Of a stretch of DNA of 64,000 nt, positions 10,305 through 19,603 are shown piece by piece. The DNA is from an uncultured Chloroflexia bacterium (GTDB lineage Bacteria; Chloroflexota; Anaerolineae; CG2-30-64-16), in NCBI GenBank assembly GCA_963810095.1, contig CAWEMM010000006.1:896001-960000 (forward strand), written 5' to 3'. The notes beneath the pieces were generated by a model that saw only the letters and a program-made list of their open reading frames with translations, ran no database searches and was not told the DNA's origin. Position numbers and translations under genes: made by a program. How positions within the stretch are numbered: position 1 is the stretch's first letter; each line of letters starts with the position of its first letter.

Positions 10305-11828
10305 ATGAGCGGAGAAGCCAAAGTGCTCACCGGCTTGCTTCAGCGCCGGGCACTGGAACAGGCATTCGCTGAGCTGGGCCGGACTACCGATCCGGCTGCA
10401 GTCCAACAGCAGGCACAGGCCATCGCCGAGTACGGTTCGGCGGCGCTCCAACATCTCCTGACGTTGCTGGATACGCCCGATCCTCAATTGCGCGGCGGCC
10501 TGGGACAGGTCGCGCGTCATTTGCCCCGCGAACAAGTGGTGCCGGCGTTACGCGGCAGTTGCCCGCGCCCGAGAACGCAGCGACCAGGCGCGCCTTGCGG
10601 CGGTCACGCTGCTCGAGAGGTTCCTGGGCGAGTCGATCGACGGACGCGCTTGCTGGCAGACCTGGGCAACCCGGACTCGGCGGCCCGCCAGTCGCTGCTC
10701 GAGCTGATCGCAGCGATGGACGACGAGCCGCTCAGCGTTGTGGAGTACCTGGAGCAGCTCGGCCAGCAACCGCCCGAGGTCGTCGGCATGGTGCTTGAGG
10801 CGCTGCCCGCCGTGGAACACACCTCGGCGGGGGCCGGTTCGCACCTGGCCACCTTCCTGCGGATGCTTGCGCAGGGGGAGGACGCCCGTGTCGCCCGCCG
10901 CTCCATCGACGAGCTGGTCCGGCTGCGCACGCCGGCCGCTATCCGCGCGCTGGCGAGCCTTGTGCCCAACCTGCCTCCGACGTTGGCGCCCGCCGCCGAG
11001 CGCGGCCTGCGCAAGCTGCGCTTCAGCGGCGTGCGACGAGGCACGGATCACGACCCGGACCGCGAGCCGTGGTATGCGCCCGAGCTGCGCTGGCGGGCGC
11101 TCATCTCGCCTGTCGACGCGTCGGGCGGGCAGTTCATGTGGTTTGTCGGCGCGCCTGTGCTCACCGGCAGCGAGGTTCCAGCAGAGGAACGCAGGCGGGT
11201 CGTGTTTTTCACGGTGATGGCGCAGGATCCGAGCGGAGTAAGTGACGCGTCGGGTTCCCTCGACGCGACGGCGGACCATGCGCCGCACAAGCGCCGGGAA
11301 GGCGCGCTGCACTTCATCGTCGGCGATGGGTCCTTGCCGGGCGTGACCCTGCTCGAGGCTCCGTTTGCCATGGCCTGTTCCGAGCTGCGCGCGGCCCTGG
11401 CCCTGAACTGGGCCGCCGGCATCCCGGCGCCGATTGGCTACCGGCTGTTCTCGCCGCTGATTTGGCTCAACGAGCAGACGCGTCCGAACCCGCGGAGGTG
11501 TCGCCACAACCCGACCTGAGCCTGGGCGAATCGGAGCTGCTGCCGGCACTCGAGCATCCGGCGTTCTTTGGCTGGTTCGCCGGCCTCGAGGGACCCGAGC
11601 TCACGCCCGCACAGGCTGCCTCCTCCGCCGCGCCGGTTCCGCACCATGAGCCGCTGGCTCGCGTCGGCCGGCGATCCGGAGGTCGCCGTCCTGGCGGCGA
11701 CGATCGCTTACCACTTCGACAATACGACGCCATTGGCGTCAACCATCCTGGCCACTGCGCTCCTGGCACAAACCGGCGACAGAGGACAGGAGCTAGAAGA
11801 CCAATCCAAGGAGAATCGCAATGTTTAA
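10305..11828 (+). CDS. Hypothetical protein with HEAT-like helical N-terminus (frameshifts near 10560-10650 and 11480-11640)
   Basis: TATAAT at 10291 just before ATG; helical repeats (LLTLLDTPDPQLRGGLGQVA; AAERGLRKL); the reading continues across ORFs 10305, 11462 and 11568. Confidence 0.55.
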
Positions 11829-12039
11829 TCTCGGTGGTTGGGAATGGGCCATTCTGCTGGTCATCGTCCTCATCGTGTTCGGCGTCGGCAAGCTGCCGCA
11901 AATCGGCGGCGCCATCGGCAAGAGCATCCGCGAGTTCCGCGAGGCCTCGAAAGACGAGCCAAAAGAAGAGCCGAAGGACAAGGCTGCCGCTGAAACCGCC
12001 GCAGCCGCCGACGCGGTCAAGACCGACAAGGTTGACTGA
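11821..12039 (+). CDS. tatA: Twin-arginine translocase subunit TatA/E
   Basis: LGGWEWAILLVIVLIVFGVGKLPQIGGAIGKSIREFR; RBS AAGGAG. Confidence 0.95.
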   Translation: MFNLGGWEWAILLVIVLIVFGVGKLPQIGGAIGKSIREFREASKDEPKEEPKDKAAAETAAAADAVKTDKVD

Positions 12040-12046
12040 AAAGGTG

Positions 12047-12133
12047 GCGCAGCGGATCAGGGAACGGGTCGACGGATGGAGATGCGGGCATCGGAAAACG
12101 CGATCCGTTAATCCGTTCCCGCATCCGTTGCGT
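12047..12133. repeat. Long imperfect intergenic inverted repeat (ACGGAT/ATCCGT type)
   Basis: GCGCAGCGGAT..GGGAACGGG..GACGGAT pairs with ATCCGTT..TCCGTTCCC..ATCCGTTGCGT. Confidence 0.55.
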
Positions 12134-12156
12134 CGATCTCCCCGGGACGCGTCCCC

Positions 12157-13365
12157 GTGACGGCGCCCCCGTCTCCCTCATGCCGTGCCGTGCAGCGCCC
12201 TTCGTTCTGGCGAAGTCCCCGCGCAAGCGAAGAGCAGCAGCGGGTGCGCGAGCTGGCGGCGCTCTTTGCCGTCTCAGCGGCCATCAACCAGTCCCTGACA
12301 GAGACCGACGCACTCGCCGCCGCACTGCGGAGGTGCTCCAGGTGCTCTGCCTCGACAGCGGCCGCATCTATCTGCTCAACGAGGCCACGGGCGAGTACAG
12401 CCTGGCTACCCAAGCCGGCGACCCCGCCTTGCTCGACCCTGCCAGAGCGACATGGTGCCCGGCGAGTGCCTGTGCGGGTTTGTCGGCTACACGCCCGCGC
12501 CGACTGGCAGGGCGGAGATCATCACGCTCGATCCCGCAAGTCGTCCGCGAGGGCTGCCACCGCCATAGTCGCCTCAGCGCCTGCGCGGCCGTGCCGCTGC
12601 TGGCGCGCGACCGGACGCTGGGCGTGCTCCACGTCGGCAGCCAGGACCACGAGGCGCTGGCCGAGCCGGAGATGGCGCTGCTGCGGTCAGTAGGCATGCA
12701 AATCGGCTTCGCGCTGGAGAACCTGCGGCTGCGTGAAGAGGCCCGGCGAGCCGATGCGCTGGCCGCCTTGGTGCAGGAGATGCACCACCGCATCAAGAAC
12801 AACCTGCAGACCGTGGCCGACCTGCTCAGCCTCGAGATGTCGGCCAGCCCATCGCCCGTCGCCCGCAAGAGCCTGCGCGACAGCGTGGGGCGGATCAAGA
12901 GCATCGCCGCCGTGCATGAGCTGCTGTCGCTCGAGCAGCTCCGCCTGACCGACATCACTACGTTGGCGCGGCAGGTGTGCGATATCTCGCTCAAGCATTT
13001 CGTGCGTCCCGACCGGCGCATCGCGGCCGAGATCGCCGGGACCTCCGATTTACCTGCCGTCGAAACAGGCCACTGCGCTCGCGCTGATCATCAACGAGCT
13101 GGTGTCCAACGCGCTCGAACACGCCTTCCCAATCGGCTACCATCCTTGCCACTTGCAGATCGAGCTCAGCCAGGATGGCCACAAGGTCACATTGACCATT
13201 GCCGACAGCGGCCGCGGCTTGCCGCCGGACTTCGATCTCGCGACTGCAAAGGGCCTGGGCCTGCGCATTGCGCGGACCCTCGCCGAAAAGGACCTTGCCG
13301 GCTCCCTGCGCCTCGAAGCCCAGGAAGCCGGGGGGACGATTGCCACGGTGACCTTTTACCAGTAG
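12157..13365 (+). CDS. Soluble GAF + HisKA_2 + HATPase histidine kinase, PdtaS/EutW-like (several frameshifts)
   Basis: GAF (AVPLLARDRTLGVLHV), H-box EMHHRIKNNLQ, NELVSNALEHAF, DSGRGLP, GLGL; no TM segment. Confidence 0.85.
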
Positions 13366-13374
13366 GCCCATCAG

Positions 13375-13972
13375 ATGACGCGTCAACTCGTGCCGAGTCC
13401 TTGCGGGTCTTGATCGCCGACGACGAAAGCATCCGCTTGCTGAGCCTGGGCAGCCAGCTGACCGGCGCTGGGGCATCGCGTCGTGGCCGAGGCGACACGC
13501 GGCGACGAGGCGGTGCGGCTGGCGGTCGAGAAGCAGCCCGATCTCGCCATCCTGGATATCAAGATGCCCGTGATGGACGGCATCGAGGCGGCGGAGCGCA
13601 TCACCCAGGCCCGCCCCATCCCCATCATCCTCCTGACGGCCTACAGCGAGGCCCAGCTTGTCGAGCGGGCCGCCCGCGCCAATATCTCCGCCTACCTGAT
13701 GAAACCGGTCGCTGAAGACGACCTGCACCCGGCGATCACGCTGGCCCTGACGCGCTTCAAGGAGTTCGAGTCGCTGCGGCGGGAGGTGGCCGACCTGCCG
13801 CGAGGCGCTGGAGGCGCGCAAAGTGGTGGAGAAGGCAAAGGGCATTCTGATGCGGCGGTTGGACCTGAGCGAGGAAGAGGCGTTCAAGCGCCTGCAGAAG
13901 CAAAGCCAGGATTCGAACCGGCGGCTGTCGGAAGTTGCCGAAGCAATCGTGATGGCGGATCGCATGTTCTGA
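13375..13972 (+). CDS. REC-ANTAR response regulator, PdtaR/EutV/NasT-like (frameshifts near 13385, 13470 and 13800)
   Basis: RVLIADDE, LDIKMPVMDG, LLTAYS, YLMKP, then ANTAR ARKVVEKAKGILMRRLDLSEEEAFKRLQKQSQDSNRRLSEVAEAIV. Confidence 0.92.
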
Positions 13973-13979
13973 GAAAGCC

Positions 13980-16140
13980 CTACTTCGCTGGAAGCACCAA
14001 CTCGGCACGCGCGCCCGCGGGCGCACCTGTCACGCTCAGCGACCCTCCCGCAATCGCCATCAGGGCGGTATGCAGCTCGAGCCCGTGTCCCGGCGCCGCA
14101 CGCCCGTCCCAGCCACTGCCGTTGTCTTCTATTACCACACGAATCGCGTCGTCCTGCAGGGCCGCGCTCACCTTCAGGCTCGGCCGTCCGCCCGACTGGG
14201 GCCGGGCGTGCCGTGCGGCGTTGCGCACGAGCTCCCGTCCGGCGAAATAGAGCGTCTCCGCCTTGAGGGGCGGGAGACCGGCCGCGGCCCGCTCTGCCTC
14301 AGTGTCTACCTCCCACGTCACCGACTCGAACGCGTTGCCAAACTCACCCTCGACCGCCTTGCGCAGCGCGGCCAAGGCACCCAGCCGCGCCACGTCGGGC
14401 GTGGTGGCGGCCGGGAGATCGCGCAACAGGGCGGAGACCTGGCGGTGCGCATCCGCCAAGCGCTCGAGCGCGTTCGCCCGGTCGGGCAACCCGTCCTTCT
14501 GCCCGCCGCCGGCAACCGCCAACATCGCGGTGTGGATGAGCGGCAGCACCTCGTCGTGCAGCACCCGCCGCGTCCGCTGGTCCAGCAGTTGTGTCTGGAC
14601 CATCTGCTCGCGCTGAAGCGTCATCAGCCGCCGGGAGAGGGCCAGGCTTGCGGCCGTGTCGACGAGACGCTCGCCGGCAGCGCGGGCGATTTCCAGTTCC
14701 TCTTCGCTGTAGAGCCGGCCATCGGCCGCAGCGCCCAGCAACAGCACCCCGATCAGCCCGCGTTCGCTCCATAGTGGGACGGCCCAGCTTGCGCCCCCAT
14801 ATTCCTGGGGGTTGATTGCGGCGGCCAGTTGGCCGGATGTGATCGCGCCGGAACGCCATGCCGCGGCCGGCAATGCCGCGCCGGGCGGGTAGACCAGAGG
14901 CAGGACAAAAGACGCCAGCGGACCCATGGGAAGCAGGTAGGCCAGGGGCGCCCCGAGAACATCCTGGCAGAGCGCGGCCAGAGGGTCCGCCTTGACAGGC
15001 TCCGCCGGCGCGCCGCTCTCGCCTGTCAGGCGTTCATACCAGCCTTCGCTTGTGACCACGGGCCGCAACTGCCGCATGGCCTGGCGCCACTCGACCCACG
15101 AGCGCCAGCCGAGCAGCGCAAAGAACAGCGTCATGAGCACGGCCGTCAGCAGCACGGCGTAGACAGGTTCGAGGCCCAGCACCAGCGCGCCGCCGAGGAG
15201 CACACCATAGCCTGCCGCGAGCACGATCGCCTGCACCCAGTGCCGCGCCAGCCCGCGGCGGGGCAACGCCTGGCCTGTGAACAGCTCGTAGCGCGTCATC
15301 GCCTGCCCGAGCAGGACGGCAACCGTGCTGATAAGCACCGCGATCACGAAGTCGAAGGCCGCGAGAACGCTGACGTCGTCGGTGCGCAGGACGTAATACT
15401 CGCCCTCACGCGTGTTCGTGATCGTCCAGACAACCGCGACGGCGACCAGGATGCTCACCAGCAGCAGGACCAGGCTGGCTGCGATCAGTTGGCGGCGCGA
15501 GCGGCGAAACGACACATGCGGGGGGTTGCTGCGGGCCCCGGCGATCTCCGTCCGCAGCGCGCCAACCGAGAAGCCGACACAAAGCATGACGTAGACCGGA
15601 TAGGCCACCGCGACGAGCGGGATGCCAAAGACCGGCGCCTTGATCAGCTGGCGCAAGGGCCAGACAAACGGCGTCAGGCTGTTAATGCGCGGGATAAAGG
15701 GGATCCCCAGCAGGACCAGGGAGATGAAGCCGAGAACCAGGATGACGCACAGGAGCAGCACCCAGGGCCGGTGACGCCGGCGCAGGTCCCATCCGTTTTC
15801 AGCCCAATAACCCGCGTTGAGCAGAGAGGACGACATACCAGATGAAGGGCAGGATGAGGACCGGTAGCATGGCGACGGCCAGCCACAGCGTGTTGCTGCG
15901 CGTGACCTCCCAGGAATTGCTCAGCAGGAGGGCAGAGTGGGCGATGAAGAAAAGTGCGCCTAACAGGAAGCCACCCCCGGCCAGCCACGCGCCTGGATCG
16001 CGGCGGTTCGCGTGGAGGAGCAGGGTCAGGCCGAGCCAGAGCAGGAGCACGGTGTTGAACAGCGAGACGGCGACCAACGCCCACGCCCGCAGCGTCTCCC
16101 CGTTCAGGCTGCCCACGGCACCCCCGTCCACGGGGCCCAC
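13980..16140 (-). CDS. Multi-TM sensor histidine kinase, HisKA_3-like (frameshift near 15836)
   Basis: Many TM helices, GAF-like AVPLW..GVLLLG, RVLHDEVL H-box, ELVRNAARHA, DNGSG, GHGL. Confidence 0.8.
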
Positions 16141-16877
16141 TCGTCGCGGTCGTCCAGCGCATACGCGACGCCTTCGTCATCCCACCGCATCAGGCGGCCG
16201 CTCATGGCAATGATCGACGCCCGCGTGCGCGCCACTTTCTCGTCCGTTGAAGTGCGGCTCAAATCCCACGCGGCATAGATCTGCCCCGCCACCCGGCTGA
16301 TCGTGCGTTTGTCACGGAAACCCATGCGTGCCGCGATTTGCTCGTTGGTCAGTCCCTGCGCCAGCAGCCGGGCCACCTGCTGCTCGTTAGGCTCGAGCAG
16401 GACGAACGGGTCATGCCGGTCGCGGCGCCGCACTTCCTGCACGCGGTTGGCGATGTCGGGGTCGATGAAGCTGCGACCTGCCATTGCGTCGCGCAGGAGC
16501 GGAATCAGCATGGACGGCAGCAGGTAGTTCGACTTGCGAACGTAGGCGAAGTGGGTCAGGATGCCGGCCCGGAGGAAGTCGCGGTAGTACGCGTCGTCGT
16601 CCTGGATGGAGTAGAAGACGACCGGCATGCGGGGGAACTCCCGGCGGATCGCCACGGCTGCCTCGATGCCGTTCATGGGACCGGCCAGCTGGACGTCCAT
16701 CAGGATCGCGCCGGGCGGTAGCGCATTCGATGCGTCTGCCAGGCACGCTTCGAGCGCGGCCTCCCCCGTGTCGCAGGCTCCCACCACGCGCACGGCGCCC
16801 GTCGCGTTGAACCCTTCCGCCAATGCGGGGCGCAAGCGCAGGTTATCTTCGACGATGAGCAGGCTAATCAGGTCCAT
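16104..16877 (-). CDS. NarL/LuxR-type DNA-binding response regulator
   Basis: LLIVEDN, LMDVQL, YVRKS, HTH EQQVARLLAQGLTNEQIAARMG. Confidence 0.85.
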   Translation of the reverse strand: MDLISLLIVEDNLRLRPALAEGFNATGAVRVVGACDTGEAALEACLADASNALPPGAILMDVQLAGPMNGIEAAVAIRREFPRMPVVFYSIQDDDAYYRDFLRAGILTHFAYVRKSNYLLPSMLIPLLRDAMAGRSFIDPDIANRVQEVRRRDRHDPFVLLEPNEQQVARLLAQGLTNEQIAARMGFRDKRTISRVAGQIYAAWDLSRTSTDEKVARTRASIIAMSGRLMRWDDEGVAYALDDRDEWAPWTGVPWAA

Positions 16878-17016
16878 CGAGTGACATTATCAGCGCGTCT
16901 TCCCAGCCGTCAAGCACCTGAGTGTGCGCCGTGCGTGCCCCACGCCGTTGCGGCAGGCGATGGGGCAGCGCGATGCTGAGGTAAGGTGTCACCCGAATCA
17001 ACCTGGAGGTAACCGC

Positions 17017-18573
17017 ATGCCTGTCCGTTATCCCATCCGTATCGTCGTCGCCGGCGTCGGGCTTGGCCTCGCCTTCGACCGGCTGGTCGTGAACCACGAG
17101 TTAGGACTGGGCTTCACGCTGTTCGTCCTGCTGGTGGTCGGCGCGCTCGCGCTGACCGTTGCATGGGAACGCGCCGCTCCCGAACGGTTGGCCCCGCTGC
17201 GCCAAAATCTGTGGGTTCTCGTACCGCTCATCTTCTTCGCCGTGATGGTCGCCGCCCGTTCGAACGAGTTCATCACGTTCCTTAACATCGTCGCGGTGCT
17301 CATCCTGCTGTGCGTGGTCGCCATCTACCTCTTGCGCCGGCCGCTGACCGCGGTCAATCTGCCCGGCTATGCCCTGGCGCCGCTGCTCGCCCCCATCATG
17401 GCCGCCTGGCGTGGGGCACAGACGGGCCAGCACGCGGGTGTCACCGTCGCGAGCGCGTGGCGGGGAGAGCGCCGCAGCGCCTGGACGCCTATCGCCCGGG
17501 GCATCCTCCTGGCCTGCCCGGTAGTCGTCATCTTCGCGCTCCTGCTTTCGTCGGCCGACCTCATGTTCGCCGAAGTTCTCCACCGCATCCTGCCGGTCGA
17601 CATCCTTACGTTTGTACAGGACCTTATCGCCCACGGCGTCGTCACGCTTGCCGTGGGTTTCCTGATGCTGGGCGGCCTGGCGTACACAGTGTGGCGCACG
17701 CAGACCGCACGCGAACCGGACGCGGTGTTGAACGATCTGTCCGTGCCGCCCGTGCTCGGGCTGACCGAGGCAGCCGTGGTGCTGGCCGCGGTCAACGTAC
17801 TCTTCGCGGCCTTCGTCCTGATCCAGATTCCCTACCTGTTCGGCGGGCAGCTCAACATCGACCTCGGCCGCACGACTTATGCAGAATACGCCCGCCGCGG
17901 GTTCGGCGAGCTCGTCTTCACCTCCGTGCTGGTTCTTGGGATGCTCCTCGTTCTCGGCGTCCTCGCACGCCGCGAGACCCCTCGCCAGCGGGTCGTCTTC
18001 AATGTCCTCTGTACGATCACCGTGGGGCTGACCCTGGTCATGCTGGTCTCGGCGTTCAAGCGCCTGCTGCTGTACGAGGTCGCCTACGGATTTACCGAGA
18101 TGCGAGTTTATCCGCATGTTTTCATGATCTGGCTCGGGCTCCTGCTCGGTTGGTTCCTCGTGACCCTGTGGCTCAAACCCGGACGGTTCGCCGTGGGCCT
18201 CGTCGTCGCCTGCATCGGGTTTCTCGTCACGCTGAACGTGCTCAACGTGGACGACTTCATCGTCCGCGAAAACGTCCGGCGTTATACAGAGCAGGGCGCG
18301 GCGGCGTTTTCGTCCGACGGTCCGGGCTACCGGTCGGCCGACGAGCGCATCGATCCCGAGTATCTCACCCGCCTGTCAGACGACGCGATTCCCGCGCTGG
18401 CCCAAAATGTAGCTCGGCTCGAAGGCGCGCCGCGGCAGACCATTACAAAGTACCTGCAGGAGCGGTATGATTGGTATGTCAAGGAGGATCGAACGACCGG
18501 CGCGCAAGGATACAACCTGGCGCGGGGCAACGCCCGGCGAGCTGTGATCCTGTGGCACGATTCACCAAGGTAG
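17017..18573 (+). CDS. DUF4173 (DUF4153) membrane protein
   Basis: LLSSADLMF, YAEYARRGFGEL, SAFKRLLLYEVAYGFTEMR, YLTRLSDDAIP; RBS GGAGGT. Confidence 0.85.
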   Translation: MPVRYPIRIVVAGVGLGLAFDRLVVNHELGLGFTLFVLLVVGALALTVAWERAAPERLAPLRQNLWVLVPLIFFAVMVAARSNEFITFLNIVAVLILLCVVAIYLLRRPLTAVNLPGYALAPLLAPIMAAWRGAQTGQHAGVTVASAWRGERRSAWTPIARGILLACPVVVIFALLLSSADLMFAEVLHRILPVDILTFVQDLIAHGVVTLAVGFLMLGGLAYTVWRTQTAREPDAVLNDLSVPPVLGLTEAAVVLAAVNVLFAAFVLIQIPYLFGGQLNIDLGRTTYAEYARRGFGELVFTSVLVLGMLLVLGVLARRETPRQRVVFNVLCTITVGLTLVMLVSAFKRLLLYEVAYGFTEMRVYPHVFMIWLGLLLGWFLVTLWLKPGRFAVGLVVACIGFLVTLNVLNVDDFIVRENVRRYTEQGAAAFSSDGPGYRSADERIDPEYLTRLSDDAIPALAQNVARLEGAPRQTITKYLQERYDWYVKEDRTTGAQGYNLARGNARRAVILWHDSPR

Positions 18574-18606
18574 CGCGATCTTGTGAATTTCGCCCCACCC
18601 TGGTAC

Positions 18607-18648
18607 ATGACACGCGTCATATTTGTCTCTTCCTAACTGCGCGACGAT
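18607..18648 (+). promoter_or_regulatory. TGA-N6-TCA box (ATGACACGCGTCAT) with candidate -10 GACGAT 35 bp downstream
   Basis: Same motif and same spacing as the promoters at 18783 and 27942. Confidence 0.45.
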
Positions 18649-18662
18649 GACGCTGATAGCAC

Positions 18663-18711
18663 GCAGGCTGACGGTGGCCTGCCCCCCATGTCCAGGTGAC
18701 GATGCGCCTGG
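18663..18711 (+). promoter_or_regulatory. Putative ANTAR-target dual-hairpin RNA element
   Basis: P1 GCAGGCT-[GACGGT]-GGCCTGC (18663-18682); P2 CCAGGT-[GACGAT]-GCGCCTGG (18692-18711, imperfect); purine at loop position 1 and G at position 4. Confidence 0.55.
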
Positions 18712-18744
18712 CCCGTGTTACACGCGGGCCGGGCGCTTTATTTT
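18704..18744 (+). terminator. Intrinsic terminator overlapping hairpin P2 in the WLP cluster leader
   Basis: 15-bp stem GCGCCTGGCCCGTGT/ACGCGGGCCGGGCGC (two G-U pairs), then TTTATTTT. Confidence 0.85.
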
Positions 18745-18761
18745 CGGGCGGCATGCCCGGT

Positions 18762-18824
18762 CCGTGATCTTTTTCACGAAAAATGATAAGCGTCATAGTA
18801 GAAACCCTGACTGCGTGCTTTAAT
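18762..18824 (+). promoter_or_regulatory. Promoter: CGTGA-N6-TCACG palindrome, ATGATAAGCGTCAT box and extended -10 TGcTTTAAT
   Basis: Directly visible; the architecture is repeated upstream of nfnA. Confidence 0.55.
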
Positions 18825-18829
18825 GCACG

Positions 18830-19261
18830 ATGTTGCTCGCCAGCCATCCTGTGCAGCGCGAACGCAGTTCCCAGGGGAACCGGGTTCGGAGGCGGACTTC
18901 GGTTCGCACGTCTCAGGCGGAATCTACCGTGAAAACTTGTTGGGAAATCAGGCAGGAGCTTCTCGCCAACGCAGCCGGCACCGTACGGTTGCGCGGCGAC
19001 GCGCTCAACGGCTGGAGCCTGGCCTGCTCCGAGTGCACCGTGCCGCTTGACGCCGCCCTCGAAGGCGGTCGTTCGTGCTGGGAACAATGCGCGGGCAGCC
19101 CGTGCTGCTGCGCGCCTCTGCACGTCACCTGCGACTTCTGTGAAATCTACCTGGAACACCGGCGCGAACTCGCCGGCCTTTCTCGCGATGTGCGGGAGCT
19201 TGACGCTCCCGCCGCACTCCCACTTGTAAATGAGCCCCAACCGCAAGGAGGTACGCCCATC
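18830..19261 (+). CDS. Cys-rich two-CW-domain-like module, in frame with the downstream HMA protein (alternative GTG start at 18929)
   Basis: TCWE...CSEC...GRSCWEQC...CCC...CDFCEIY; 10 Cys in ~75 aa. Confidence 0.5.
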
Positions 19262-19591
19262 ATGGAAAAAGTTCAGTTTAACCTGCCCAACCTGTGGGCC
19301 GACCATCACACCCTGAAGGTGCGAGAAGTCCTGACCCAGCTCCCTGGCGTCACCGACATCGTTGCCAGCTCCGCCTTCCGCATGGTCGCCATGTCCTATG
19401 ACCCGGCCCTCACCAACGCCGAGGCCATCAGCCAGGTTCTCGCCGCCGCGGGTTATCCCGTCGCGGAAGAAGGCCAGGGCTTGATGACTCTGCCCGTGCC
19501 GGTGCAGGATGGCCGCCGCGATCCCGCGTGGAATCGACTCGGCATGCGCCAGTTCAAGACTGACGAGCGGGATCTAAAGACGAAGCGATAA
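19262..19591 (+). CDS. HMA-fold protein with WADHH in place of MxCxxC; putative Ni chaperone
   Basis: Strong RBS AAGGAGGT; MEKVQFNLPNLWADHHTLKVREVLTQLPGV...YDPALTNAEAISQVLAAAGY matches the HMA pattern. Confidence 0.7.
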   Translation: MEKVQFNLPNLWADHHTLKVREVLTQLPGVTDIVASSAFRMVAMSYDPALTNAEAISQVLAAAGYPVAEEGQGLMTLPVPVQDGRRDPAWNRLGMRQFKTDERDLKTKR

Positions 19592-19603
19592 GGAGCAGCA
19601 CTC

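Noticed and set aside
18640-18745. ZTP, THF or cobalamin riboswitch in the WLP leader
   Set aside because: CTGACGG and CGCCTGG resemble ZTP fragments, but the GACUGRCG, GGRAG and UGGGC elements are missing; no B12 box or THF core. An Rfam scan would settle it.
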